A stretch of 59,298 nucleotides of DNA from a virus (Duplodnaviria; Caudoviricetes): the IMG/VR virus record IMGVR_UViG_3300009508_000017, positions 1 to 59,298 of that record; one strand, written 5' to 3'. Both the position numbers and the translations under genes were made by a program. This document shows positions 1-9,561 of the stretch, piece by piece. Below the pieces are notes generated by a model. That model searched no databases, had not been told where the DNA came from, and saw only the letters and a list, made by a program, of their open reading frames with translations. Within the stretch, counting starts at the first letter, position 1; each line of letters begins with the position of its first letter.

Positions 1-41
1 CATTCCATATCTATGTAACGCTCTAAGTATTTCTAGAACGT

Positions 42-446
42 TCATTTAACCGGATTGACGATAGTTGTACCGTCTGCTCTTTTGACGGCTTTTCCGTTTT
101 TCTTATGCACAGCGAACTTTACTGTTTTTGCTGTTTTGAAGTAATCTCCAATTGCGACGACTAAGGCTTTAACCTTAGCTTCGAGATTCCTGCTATTAGC
201 AGCAACCGCTGCTCTTGCTTCTCCAACTTCTTTAGGAAGTATCCCTAAAGAGCTTGCGAATATAATCGGTCCGATTGCATTCTCACCTGCATAGACGAGA
301 TGCTCGGCACCTTTCTCATTAACGAGCGCACATGCGTGATGTTTCCCTGCTGAATGAATCATTCTGTTGGTCTTCATCTTATGATTACCTCCTGTTTGAA
401 GTGTGGGTGCATTTGACCCACTGCTAGTTTTCTTTCCGAATGCCAT
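42..446 (-). CDS. Hypothetical protein (134 aa, basic)
   Basis: ATG start with AAGGA upstream; same orientation as the early genes; no motif recognised. Confidence 0.75.
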   Translation of the reverse strand: MAFGKKTSSGSNAPTLQTGGNHKMKTNRMIHSAGKHHACALVNEKGAEHLVYAGENAIGPIIFASSLGILPKEVGEARAAVAANSRNLEAKVKALVVAIGDYFKTAKTVKFAVHKKNGKAVKRADGTTIVNPVK

Positions 447-559
447 ATTTGGTATTTCCTTACATTGTTAATAATAATAATACACCTCTTACTTACTCCA
501 CTTACCCTCTCTCCCTATTACTAAGGCAGGTAATGATAGTTGAAAGCCACCAGCACCAT

Positions 560-599
560 AAAAAAAGACAGACACACGCTGTTACACGCATGCCTGTCT
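560..599 (-). terminator. Intrinsic terminator
   Basis: Minus strand AGACAGGCATGCG-loop-CGTGTGTCTGTCT (13-bp stem with G-U pairs) followed by a T run, just after the stop at 607. Confidence 0.8.
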
Positions 600-606
600 C
601 TCTTTG

Positions 607-765
607 TTAGGTTGTTGTTTCTGTTGTTGTTTTACTCTTCTTTGAGAGGGCTTTTGCTAGCCAAGGAGTTTTGTTAATTCTCATTGTATTAACTGCTTCG
701 TTTCGTTTCTTTCCGTATCCAGCTACTCCTTCTTTTCTTTTTCGTTTTGTGTTTATGTTAGCCAT
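607..765 (-). CDS. Small basic hypothetical protein (52 aa; not in ORF track)
   Basis: Translated by hand: MANINTKRKRKEGVAGYGKKRNEAVNTMRINKTPWLAKALSKKSKTTTETTT. Fills the gap between the kinase and the terminator. Confidence 0.65.
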   Translation of the reverse strand: MANINTKRKRKEGVAGYGKKRNEAVNTMRINKTPWLAKALSKKSKTTTETTT

Positions 766-799
766 ATATCAATTTTGTTATGTTGTTATTGTATTAGTT

Positions 800-1570
800 T
801 TATGTTGTCACACTCCAAGCATGACCATTTTCATGAGCTTCTGCTATGTGGTCTTTCTTGTATTCTTGCATGGCATCGTCATCTTTTGGATGATAGTGCG
901 ATATGTGCGTAGGGCCTTCTGCTGAGTCATACGTATTGTCTACATAGTTACGATAAGCAGGCAGATCTAACACACGATGTGTTACACTTTGGCAATGATC
1001 GCAATCAGTGCTGTCGATAGTCAGTCCGATTTGTCCTAACCATACATATTTACCTAGATGTACTGTGTCTTCATAACCAAGAGCATGTGCTTTTGCTTCA
1101 TCATAATCATAATCAAATACGTTAGTTATTGTTTTAACGTAGTGACTAAGTATGTGACCAGGTAGCTCTAATAATGTTTGAGCTCTTAATTTAACTGCTG
1201 GCACAGCATGCTTTTGATTTGCTTGTCTTTGTTGCCAAGGTGCATCGAACTGCATTAGATGTAGCTCAGTGTCGTAGAACTTTGCTAACTGTAAGTATGG
1301 CATTATCTCCCACAATGTTAAGTTAGTGTTGTCTACAATAATGACATCTTTTTTCTCTCCTAATGCAGATGCATACTTATCGAAGCATTCGGAATGAGCA
1401 TTACATAGTTTATGATGATTGAACTTGTAATTAAACGATCCATCAATGAAGTAATCGTCTGCAGAACAGTATGCTAACGAGAGATAGTTTTCTCTACACC
1501 AGTCTTTAACTGCTACTGCATGTTGGCTCTTTCCTGCACCGCTTGTGCCTCTGTACATTATTATTTTCAT
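800..1570 (-). CDS. AAA_33 / N4BP2-like P-loop (polynucleotide) kinase
   Basis: Walker A RGTSGAGKS, plus SADDYF and IIVDNTN motifs; C-terminal extension with CDHC. Confidence 0.85.
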   Translation of the reverse strand: MKIIMYRGTSGAGKSQHAVAVKDWCRENYLSLAYCSADDYFIDGSFNYKFNHHKLCNAHSECFDKYASALGEKKDVIIVDNTNLTLWEIMPYLQLAKFYDTELHLMQFDAPWQQRQANQKHAVPAVKLRAQTLLELPGHILSHYVKTITNVFDYDYDEAKAHALGYEDTVHLGKYVWLGQIGLTIDSTDCDHCQSVTHRVLDLPAYRNYVDNTYDSAEGPTHISHYHPKDDDAMQEYKKDHIAEAHENGHAWSVTT

Positions 1571-2019
1571 AATGTTACTTCTAAGTTATATACTAGTTTG
1601 AATACCTCTGCTGTTATTTGCATGACGTAGTTTGTTTTACTCAAGGCTCCTGGACCTTCAGGCATGTAGTCACCTTGTACACACAGGCTGTCTTGCCTTG
1701 TGTGTGGCTTACTAGAGTTCCATGTGTGGAATTGAATGTAATGCCATTTATCTTTTGTGAATCTCCAGTTTGCTTGGCCAGAAGTTAACCAACATATACA
1801 AGCATTATTCGGTAGTTCTGACATCAATGAAGATGCTTTGATTAACTTCACTGGATTTGAATCTACATTTGCAAAAGCTTTTTGCTTTTTGAAATATATA
1901 CTTAATCCGGTTGAATCTTCACATTCTTTTATCTGCCTAGCAATGGATGATAGTTCTGGACAAGGTATATTTACTGGCACATCAATGTATTCGTTTCGTT
2001 TTAATTTAGTATTTTTCAT
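1567..2019 (-). CDS. Hypothetical protein (150 aa)
   Basis: Overlap-coupled ORF in the early operon. Confidence 0.7.
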   Translation of the reverse strand: MKNTKLKRNEYIDVPVNIPCPELSSIARQIKECEDSTGLSIYFKKQKAFANVDSNPVKLIKASSLMSELPNNACICWLTSGQANWRFTKDKWHYIQFHTWNSSKPHTRQDSLCVQGDYMPEGPGALSKTNYVMQITAEVFKLVYNLEVTL

Positions 2020-2314
2020 AGTTTAGTTGTATGGATTCGTAATCATTAGGGTCAAATGTCGGAGACAAAGGTTGAGTTGCTTTGGCAAACTCTCTTGTAT
2101 TCTTGACATTTATTAATCTAGGCTGGTCAAAGCCTTTGTTTTTCATTGTATTGACAACATGAACAGCTAGGGCTTGAGTTGTTTGTCTAGTAGCTTCTTC
2201 TTCTACTTGTTCTCTGCCGGCATCGTATCCACACTTCCTTAATATTCGTTGTGCGGATACGATGCTTGCTTGTTCACGTGCTTTTTCACGCGACTCTTTA
2301 TTCTGTTTCTTCAT
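2006..2314 (-). CDS. Hypothetical protein (102 aa)
   Basis: Overlap-coupled ORF in the early operon. Confidence 0.7.
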   Translation of the reverse strand: MKKQNKESREKAREQASIVSAQRILRKCGYDAGREQVEEEATRQTTQALAVHVVNTMKNKGFDQPRLINVKNTREFAKATQPLSPTFDPNDYESIQLNYEKY

Positions 2315-2792
2315 AAGTAATTCCCAGGTCTTGTGGTGTCCAATTCTTAGATAACTTACTTCTTAGTAGAACGTTTGACTCTCTTAGGTTAATGAATTCT
2401 TCAAAGCTAAGGTATGAGTTGCTGTTCTGTTCTTCTTTATCTAGTCGCTTTTCATGAGGATTTAATTCCTTCATGTGATGCACGATGTTACTTACTCCAT
2501 TGGTATATAGAGCACTTAACTTGTTGTCTACGGCAGGCACTATTTTGTATAGTATATCTGCTAATACAACGTCCTGTATTTTGAACTTGCTTGCTAGTCC
2601 TGGTTGTTGCTTGAGTCTACTTGAGAAGACCGCTGCTTTTTCCATCTTCTCTGCTTTTTTAGCAATGAAGCTGGCTTCGTTTAAAGATTCGTACGTACCT
2701 ATTAACCGTTCACCTGTATAGGTTTTGGTTTTTGGGTCATACATGGACAGTCTTATAACTGAATGTTTAGTTGTTTGTATTATTGATATCAT
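2298..2792 (-). CDS. Hypothetical protein (164 aa)
   Basis: Overlap-coupled ORF in the early operon. Confidence 0.7.
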   Translation of the reverse strand: MISIIQTTKHSVIRLSMYDPKTKTYTGERLIGTYESLNEASFIAKKAEKMEKAAVFSSRLKQQPGLASKFKIQDVVLADILYKIVPAVDNKLSALYTNGVSNIVHHMKELNPHEKRLDKEEQNSNSYLSFEEFINLRESNVLLRSKLSKNWTPQDLGITYEETE

Positions 2793-3162
2793 CTTTTAGT
2801 TCATCGAGGGTTTTACTTAGTTTTTCTGCGTATTCTTCTTTTAGTTCTATAGCTTTATTACTTATGCTATTTTCTGATTTGTATCCTTTGTTATCCATGA
2901 CACAGTCTGCTAGTAGCAGGACTATGTCTGATAGTTCTCTTAACAGGACTACGTCTGCTGCATCAGCGGCTTCATCTACGTCAAGCCCCTGATCCATAAG
3001 CCTGGCCATGTCATTGAAACATTTTCTTTTTAATGTCTCGCTGACCATTGCTGCTGCGAATATTTCTGGATGCTTACAGTCGCTTACCTTGTCATAGGCA
3101 AGTTCTATAACTTGTTTTATTGCATCTTCTTTGTCTTCTGAATCTTCTTTTATGTATACCAT
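2767..3162 (-). CDS. Hypothetical acidic helical protein (131 aa)
   Basis: Coupled ORF (TAATG junction at 3162). Confidence 0.7.
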   Translation of the reverse strand: MVYIKEDSEDKEDAIKQVIELAYDKVSDCKHPEIFAAAMVSETLKRKCFNDMARLMDQGLDVDEAADAADVVLLRELSDIVLLLADCVMDNKGYKSENSISNKAIELKEEYAEKLSKTLDELKDDINNTNN

Positions 3163-3413
3163 TAGGCTGCTCTCCTTATATTTTGATTGTTATATTTCTT
3201 TCGTGCTGTGAATATTTTGCTCCACTCGTTTGCTATGTTTTTTACATAGACCACACCACCTACGCGTCTTGCGCATTGCTTGGCCCATTGTAATCCTTCT
3301 GCACTTTTCATGTATGCAACTTCATAGCCGCCTCTGATTATTGTTCCGTCGCTTAGTCTTTTTGCGTGTTTCTTTGAGGGATCTACGCCTTCCCTGAATA
3401 CGAAGTATGACAT
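3162..3413 (-). CDS. Hypothetical protein (83 aa)
   Basis: ATG preceded by AAAGGA; first gene after the conserved leader at 3444-3526. Confidence 0.7.
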   Translation of the reverse strand: MSYFVFREGVDPSKKHAKRLSDGTIIRGGYEVAYMKSAEGLQWAKQCARRVGGVVYVKNIANEWSKIFTARKKYNNQNIRRAA

Positions 3414-3443
3414 CGTTTTTCCTTTGGTTTATTGTTTCTGTTG

Positions 3444-3526
3444 TTTAATGAATTAAATAAGTATAATTCAAAAAATATATATAAAATTTACATACACTGT
3501 TCTAGTTTGTTATACGTGATGATAGT
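3444..3526 (-). promoter_or_regulatory. Conserved early promoter/leader element, copy B
   Basis: Minus-strand ACTATCATCAC box followed by an AT-rich block that aligns by eye with 9562-9641. Confidence 0.6.
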
Positions 3527-3560
3527 GGCCGGGGCAATGCGCTTGGGCACTACCCCGACC
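3527..3560 (-). other. GC-rich RNA hairpin downstream of rIIA, without a U-tract
   Basis: GGTCGGGGTAGTGC-CCAAGC-GCATTGCCCCGGCC; 14-bp stem with G-U pairs that favour the minus-strand transcript. Confidence 0.65.
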
Positions 3561-3569
3561 GAGCTTTAG

Positions 3570-6098
3570 TTAGCTGGACAAGTATTTTACAATAGAATCT
3601 AGTATGTAAGTGTTTTCTCTGTTGTTGTATTGCATGTTATCTGCAATTGCTTTTTCATCTTCATCCTCGGCTAGTCTTCTACCTAGACCAAACATGTAAT
3701 CGTCAAGGATCCTGTCTTGATCGTTATATTCACCACCTTTATTTAACAATTGCTTCATTTCTTTTGCTATTACATTTAGCAAAGGCCAATTAGCTTTAAC
3801 TGTTTTTAGTGTTTTTAATACTAATGTTTTTGTTAAGGTGTTTTTGTTTGCTTTGTCTTTACACAGCTTAAGTATTCCTAGTTCTTTTGCTTGTATTAGA
3901 ATGCTTGCACATGGTTCTGAATACGCATACGAGATTCTTGCTAAGTCTGTTAGCAATTTGTATCTGGTAGACGATATCTTTGTTGATAACGATTTTTTTA
4001 TTTGAGTGAACACATAATTGAATTCATCAAGCAATTCATTAATAGACGAATGCCTTAGTCTAGTGTACTGCCAGTTATATCCTTTAGACAATCTGCCATC
4101 TAACGTTATGGAATCACGATGATCTTCGAAGCCAGGTTCTCGATATCTAGTACTTAAGATTTCTTTTAATCTTACATGATTGTCTAAGACATCACTTTTA
4201 GCATGCTCTTCTTTTATCTTTCTAGATAAGAGAGTAGCTGCAAACTCATATAGATTTATTGCATTAGGTAACTTATCAATTATCTTGTAGTGCTTTTTTC
4301 TAACACCGTATAGATCTGCATTTTTGAATGATAGTGCGTCATCAACCATATAAGCAGACAATGCTTTCTTTTCATCATCTGTTGCATATTTTATATATTG
4401 TTTTGCTATATTTATTATATGTTTAAGCCTGTCTTTTGAGATCTTTGCATCTGTTTGATTAACATTTGTAACATGTTTACTTTCAGGCGTTATTGCTGAA
4501 TGTCCTGACAGATACATACACAACACTGCTTTTGAAGAACTTATAGACACGTTACCTGCATCAATCCATTGATTAGTTTCCATTAGATAACTGCTACCTG
4601 TGTTCATTTTGAACAGTTCTACATGTGTAGTAGAATCTCTTGAGCTAATACTTGCTTGTGCTTTTGCTGGTTCATAATCCATTAGGTTGACAAGCTTGTC
4701 TTTAGCTATGAATGGCAGTCCGACTGTTTTTCTCATAACCTCAAGGCTGGACTTTATGTCTCTTGGGAACGCTATGATTTTCATCTTACTAGGTTCTTTG
4801 AATTCATTCATGAACGACTTGATTCTTTTAGTTACATTTGCTTGGCTGGTTCCATGGTCGAAGAACACAATATGTAATGTGTTGTTTTTCCAGGAATGAG
4901 GACCGAACCTGACGTAATGGTTATCGTTATCTGCAAACAGTTTGTCACTACCTCCGTGATATCTTTTTTCATAGTAGATATAGTCGATACCTTTTGCTAT
5001 CGGTATGTTGGTATTACATACTGAGTTATTTACTCTAGCAGAGAGTAAGTTGATCAATGAATTATCTAATTCTTGGATGACTTCACTGTATACTTTTTGT
5101 GCATCGAGATAGCACGGTATGTTGTTTACTGCATTTGCACTGTCGCTGAGTACCTGTTCTAAGATATCTTCTGCTGCCTTACTAATGTTAGTTATCGTTA
5201 GCTTGTTGTATTCTAACTCTTCTCTGTTTGAAGCGATACTGAGATCTCCAATGTCAAAAGAAATATGAAGACTACTTTCGTTAAGCATTGCTCGCATGGC
5301 TGACGTGATACCTGGTAGCTGCTGCGTGTTGATAGGATATCCTATGTTGCCCATGACTGCTACAGCACCTCTGTATTTGTTGAAATGCCAAGTGTTGTCT
5401 TTCTTGTAACGTTTGTACTTGGCTTCTTTAGTAATTACTTCAGGTAGTTTTAGACCATCGTCGCCCCATCCAATAATTTTTGGCTGTACTTTGCTTGTTA
5501 AGCATAGATTCCAGATTTCTGATTTGAACTGATCGATGTCATTTGTTGATACTCCGACTCCGATTTCTATACCTGTATCTTCACCTTGTTCTGCTAACAC
5601 AGGTGGTTGCATAACCTTTAACGTTCCAGTGTGTGATTCATCAATGATTGCTACATACACGGCTTTCATAATAGCATCGTCTTCTTTCCACCAGCTTGTG
5701 ATAGTAAATTGCGAACCGTATGCGAATGCAGCTTTACATCCGATACCTAATCCGCCTGTTAACTCATCTGTGTTTCTTTTAGTAGAACACCCGTACATTA
5801 CATACACTTCTTGGATCATCTCTTTTGATAACCCTGCACCGTAGTCTCTAACTTTGAACTCTGGTTTGGTTGTTGTAGGTAAGGTAACTTCAACACTTTT
5901 AGTAACATTGTGAGTCTTATGTTCATCTAATGCATTAGTAATATACTCACGAACTACTGCAGCTGGTTTGTTGGAATATATTTTACTACGCAACATCTCC
6001 ATAATGATTGGAGAATCTGCTGAACGAATACCGAATTCGGTGCTTTCCATATTGTAATCGCTTTGGATTACTGATCTGTTGTCTCTAACTAATTTCAT
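3570..6098 (-). CDS. rIIA: rIIA-like protein (N-terminal GHKL/HATPase domain)
   Basis: YSNKPAAVVREYITNALD, VRDYGAGLS, GGLGIGCKAAFAY and SIASNREEL motifs; 842 aa; adjacent to rIIB. Confidence 0.9.
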   Translation of the reverse strand: MKLVRDNRSVIQSDYNMESTEFGIRSADSPIIMEMLRSKIYSNKPAAVVREYITNALDEHKTHNVTKSVEVTLPTTTKPEFKVRDYGAGLSKEMIQEVYVMYGCSTKRNTDELTGGLGIGCKAAFAYGSQFTITSWWKEDDAIMKAVYVAIIDESHTGTLKVMQPPVLAEQGEDTGIEIGVGVSTNDIDQFKSEIWNLCLTSKVQPKIIGWGDDGLKLPEVITKEAKYKRYKKDNTWHFNKYRGAVAVMGNIGYPINTQQLPGITSAMRAMLNESSLHISFDIGDLSIASNREELEYNKLTITNISKAAEDILEQVLSDSANAVNNIPCYLDAQKVYSEVIQELDNSLINLLSARVNNSVCNTNIPIAKGIDYIYYEKRYHGGSDKLFADNDNHYVRFGPHSWKNNTLHIVFFDHGTSQANVTKRIKSFMNEFKEPSKMKIIAFPRDIKSSLEVMRKTVGLPFIAKDKLVNLMDYEPAKAQASISSRDSTTHVELFKMNTGSSYLMETNQWIDAGNVSISSSKAVLCMYLSGHSAITPESKHVTNVNQTDAKISKDRLKHIINIAKQYIKYATDDEKKALSAYMVDDALSFKNADLYGVRKKHYKIIDKLPNAINLYEFAATLLSRKIKEEHAKSDVLDNHVRLKEILSTRYREPGFEDHRDSITLDGRLSKGYNWQYTRLRHSSINELLDEFNYVFTQIKKSLSTKISSTRYKLLTDLARISYAYSEPCASILIQAKELGILKLCKDKANKNTLTKTLVLKTLKTVKANWPLLNVIAKEMKQLLNKGGEYNDQDRILDDYMFGLGRRLAEDEDEKAIADNMQYNNRENTYILDSIVKYLSS

Positions 6099-6167
6099 TT
6101 AATTAATATTTATATTATATAGGTGTACCGTTTTGACCCACGGTACCACAGGTTCTTTTCTTTTTAC

Positions 6168-7232
6168 TTAGCTGATATCGTCAGCAGTGGCTTCGTCTAA
6201 GAGATCACTTAGCTTCACGTCATCTACTTCGAACTCGATATCAAAGCCGGTATCTTCACCATTGACTTCTTCTAACAGATCAGTCCAACAGTCGGACCAC
6301 CACTGGCTAGCACCGAATTCGCTGTCTAGATATGATTTGGATACTTTTACATATCCATTTTCTTTCTGACTTTGAATGTAGTTACGAGCTTTGTACCAGT
6401 CATCGTGATACTGTTGTGTTTGTGATAGTTCTCCGTTCTCACTTTCTGATTCTGTCAGTTCGCCATCTTCATCGTTATAGACAGGAGCTGTAAGATAAGC
6501 ATCATTTCGTTGTTCTCTTGGTATCTCGCAAACAACTTGATACTTTGAAACTCTAAGCTTTTCGAACATCCCATCTTCCGGTACAGACACAGCGTCTGCT
6601 GGATCGTATTTAACAACCATAAGATGTCCGTCGTGACCTGCCCAACCATCTGCATAATCTTTACTACCTACATGGAAACCATGGGAGCATTGATTGTTGC
6701 AGTTGTCATCTACACCTCTTCTAGCCATGCTATTTACTTCTCCAGGTTTGTTACTGAACTTACCTGAATATTTATCCATGTAGTCATGTGCAACACCCTT
6801 GTAGCCAAGTACGCAGCCGTCTTCTGTGATAGGCATTTCTTTATGTTCGATAAACTTATACAGCTGTTCTCTCGAGTTTTTCGAGGGATTGTTGTACGTA
6901 TTTTCCATGAATTTTATATACATGGTTAGGTCAGCATGACCTGATGATATGATGTCCAGTAGTCTTTTGACTAAGCTTTCAGCAAGAACGTCTTCTTTAT
7001 AAAGAACGTTATTACCTTCTGCTTTTAGTAATCCATTTGATTGTTTTGCAATCATGTCCATGGGATTTAACATGCATTCGATGTCAGAATATTTCTTTTC
7101 CAAGATAGCTACTTTAATAGCTTGGAAGTTCATATTACCTGATGTGACGTGGTGCATCGTTCCGTTATAGAAGAAACAGATGCTTTCGTCGTTTATTATT
7201 GCTCCAGTTATGCTCATAATATTTTTGCCCAA
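6168..7232 (-). CDS. rIIB: rIIB-like protein
   Basis: PITEDGCVLGYKGV, CSHGFHVGS, DPADAVSVP and KLRVSKYQV motifs. Confidence 0.9.
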   Translation of the reverse strand: MGKNIMSITGAIINDESICFFYNGTMHHVTSGNMNFQAIKVAILEKKYSDIECMLNPMDMIAKQSNGLLKAEGNNVLYKEDVLAESLVKRLLDIISSGHADLTMYIKFMENTYNNPSKNSREQLYKFIEHKEMPITEDGCVLGYKGVAHDYMDKYSGKFSNKPGEVNSMARRGVDDNCNNQCSHGFHVGSKDYADGWAGHDGHLMVVKYDPADAVSVPEDGMFEKLRVSKYQVVCEIPREQRNDAYLTAPVYNDEDGELTESESENGELSQTQQYHDDWYKARNYIQSQKENGYVKVSKSYLDSEFGASQWWSDCWTDLLEEVNGEDTGFDIEFEVDDVKLSDLLDEATADDIS

Positions 7233-7894
7233 TAATGGGAATTATTTTGATTTTGTGCTCGATCCCAATAGATACAACGAGCGATATAAGGTGGCACGTC
7301 TCTTTCTTGTGAGAGACGCAGCCAATAGTCTTCCATTCCATGATATAGGATTTTGCCTGGGGCTTTTTCCTTGTCATGACCATAGAGACCTAGGATATGT
7401 CGGTCTAAACAAACGACATTTGCGGTGAGAGGATTGCACATTTCCAGTGCAAAAGAAACTTTAGCGTAATTTATTTGTATTAGTTGTTTTGCTAAGTCGT
7501 CTCTTAATCCTCGGAGACACGTTGGTACATCTAGAAACAGCTCTTTGTTTTGATTAAAACTTATTCCGAAATGGAATATTCCAGCTGCTTTTTGATTCTG
7601 CATACCTCCGCGTGATAGTATTAGTTGGTGTGTTATTCTAAGTATGTTGTTCAGTGGTTGGTCTTTTAACAGACCGTATTGAACTACATTTTTATCCCAA
7701 GACGTGTGAACACTTGTGTATGCAAATACCCATCTGTTCTTTACTTCTTGTTCTGTCTTTGGTGCTTTCTTTTGCCAGTACTCAATTTGAGTGTTTACCT
7801 CATGTTCTTGAATACTTTCAAAGAAGTTACGCACACGCTTTTTCGATGTCTTCGATAGCGGTTTTATGTGTCTTCCCATAACCATTCCATCCAC
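7214..7894 (-). CDS. Helix-hairpin-helix DNA glycosylase/lyase-like protein (Ogg2/EndoIII-like); start may be ATG 7879
   Basis: YAKVSFALEM...VVCLDRHIL resembles the catalytic K and D motifs of HhH glycosylases (K..SH.L...ILDRHIL). Confidence 0.65.
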   Translation of the reverse strand: MDGMVMGRHIKPLSKTSKKRVRNFFESIQEHEVNTQIEYWQKKAPKTEQEVKNRWVFAYTSVHTSWDKNVVQYGLLKDQPLNNILRITHQLILSRGGMQNQKAAGIFHFGISFNQNKELFLDVPTCLRGLRDDLAKQLIQINYAKVSFALEMCNPLTANVVCLDRHILGLYGHDKEKAPGKILYHGMEDYWLRLSQERDVPPYIARCIYWDRAQNQNNSHYWAKIL

Positions 7895-8603
7895 GTGTTT
7901 TTCTTAATTTCTGCAGAGCTACTGAAGCTTTGCTACTTGCTGGCTGAGTGCCATGTAACAACAATCCAAACGATGGACCATCTACTCGAGCTAACGAGTC
8001 GTCATGATCTATTTCTAGATTAAGTCTTTTAGCTTCTTCTACAGAATACACTACCTTTGCATATTTAAGACCTAGGTCGTAAACATCGTTGTCCCACTTA
8101 CCACCTAATGAAGCATTAAGTACTAAGTTGGAAGGCAGTGTTTCGAGATGTTTGATCCACATTGGTATAGCTTTTGTGTAAGCATATATTTTCGTGAACG
8201 GAAACGTCTCACATATTTTTAACCATGATTCGAAGTATTTTATATTGAAGAAATCACCACCTACTCCGTGTCTAATGAACGGCGTTTGGTCGTGATTAAC
8301 TACATACTCGTCATGTATTGGTACAAGTGATTCATAAATCAGTTTGTACATTTCTTTTACTGTTTTTGCAGCACGAAGCTGAAGCAGATTTGACCAACGA
8401 TTCTTACGAAGAGCTGGAGATCTTGCTTCTTGGCTTGCAGCCCAACATCTGAACTTGGTGTCAGAGCCGTCTGTTATTTTACCAGTTATCTGATCTGCAC
8501 TACTCAAACAATCTTTTGCACCGCAACAGGTATGACCTGACGGAAGACTGAAATGAATAGTTCTGTCTGATAACTTTGCGTTACCTATTTGGAACTTAAG
8601 CAT
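7827..8603 (-). CDS. GP88-like protein (Cys-rich, radical-SAM-like)
   Basis: FSLPSGHTCCGAKDC...RCWA, IRHGVGGDFF and YAYTK motifs. Confidence 0.75.
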   Translation of the reverse strand: MLKFQIGNAKLSDRTIHFSLPSGHTCCGAKDCLSSADQITGKITDGSDTKFRCWAASQEARSPALRKNRWSNLLQLRAAKTVKEMYKLIYESLVPIHDEYVVNHDQTPFIRHGVGGDFFNIKYFESWLKICETFPFTKIYAYTKAIPMWIKHLETLPSNLVLNASLGGKWDNDVYDLGLKYAKVVYSVEEAKRLNLEIDHDDSLARVDGPSFGLLLHGTQPASSKASVALQKLRKTRGWNGYGKTHKTAIEDIEKACA

Positions 8604-8802
8604 TTTTATTTGTTGTACACATGTAACAGGATTGTCCTTGGTCTGCTTGGAAGCGCATTACTTGGCTTACTGAACAAGTAGGACATTTAACCATTTCTCT
8701 ATTTTTTTTTACCGTTAGAGATGCGTTGAGAACTTCCCAAGGTCTTTCTTTAATTCCTCGGGTTGCATTACGCAGCAGCTCTCTGGCTTCTGCATATGAC
8801 AT
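8596..8802 (-). CDS. Small zinc-ribbon protein
   Basis: CPTC...CYMC. Confidence 0.65.
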   Translation of the reverse strand: MSYAEARELLRNATRGIKERPWEVLNASLTVKKNREMVKCPTCSVSQVMRFQADQGQSCYMCTTNKNA

Positions 8803-9159
8803 TTAAGCAACATCAAGTAGCGTTAGTTGCTTTTGAGAATAATCTGTTGAAGCATCTGCATGTATTATTGGATCGGGTGTGATCTCTGCTTTGATGCCGT
8901 AACATTTTATACTTGTGATAGTATCAAGGTTTACTGATCTGTAGTTCTCAGGTCCTCGTTTACCGGTCATTTCATATACAGTGAACTGACTATTGTCTAT
9001 TTTTGCTGAACCTCCAGGATTTATTCCTTTTGCATACTTACGCACGCGAGCTCTGCAGTTCATTATTCTTACATCACCATTCTTTTTGATGAATGTAACA
9101 CCGAAGATCTGGTTGCCCAGTGCTTTGATGATTTGTATTACTTTACTTCTATGTAGCAT
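8803..9159 (-). CDS. WYL-like / SH3 beta-barrel protein (DUF2693-like)
   Basis: VTFIKKNGDVRIMNC...YRSVNLDTI pattern. Confidence 0.7.
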   Translation of the reverse strand: MLHRSKVIQIIKALGNQIFGVTFIKKNGDVRIMNCRARVRKYAKGINPGGSAKIDNSQFTVYEMTGKRGPENYRSVNLDTITSIKCYGIKAEITPDPIIHADASTDYSQKQLTLLDVA

Positions 9160-9193
9160 GTTGTTATTTGTTATTATTTGTTATACAGAAAAT

Positions 9194-9547
9194 TTAATCG
9201 TCAAAACTCATATGATACAATTGGTACTCAAGATAACTTGAATCTTTTTCGGCATCTGCTTGGCTTTGCAGGAGGTCTTGCCCTTTAGGACCTTCGAACC
9301 AACCTTTTACTGCTTCGTCGAGCAGTTCTTCTAGCTCTGGTTTGGGCAGTACTACATCAGATGTTCTTAGAATATCTTCGTAATACACACAGTCTACGCC
9401 AAAATCATCATCCATAGGCGGATCCCAATACGTACCTTCTTGACCTTCGCTATGCACCGAGAATTCTAATTCACCGGATACATACACAACCTCATCAACA
9501 CCACCTATAGTCACTTTCAAGTCATCAATTTCAAACTTCATATTCAT
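9194..9547 (-). CDS. Highly acidic hypothetical protein (117 aa), first gene of the early operon
   Basis: About 30 D/E against about 7 K/R by hand count. Confidence 0.75.
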   Translation of the reverse strand: MNMKFEIDDLKVTIGGVDEVVYVSGELEFSVHSEGQEGTYWDPPMDDDFGVDCVYYEDILRTSDVVLPKPELEELLDEAVKGWFEGPKGQDLLQSQADAEKDSSYLEYQLYHMSFDD

Positions 9548-9561
9548 ACAAAACCTTTTTT

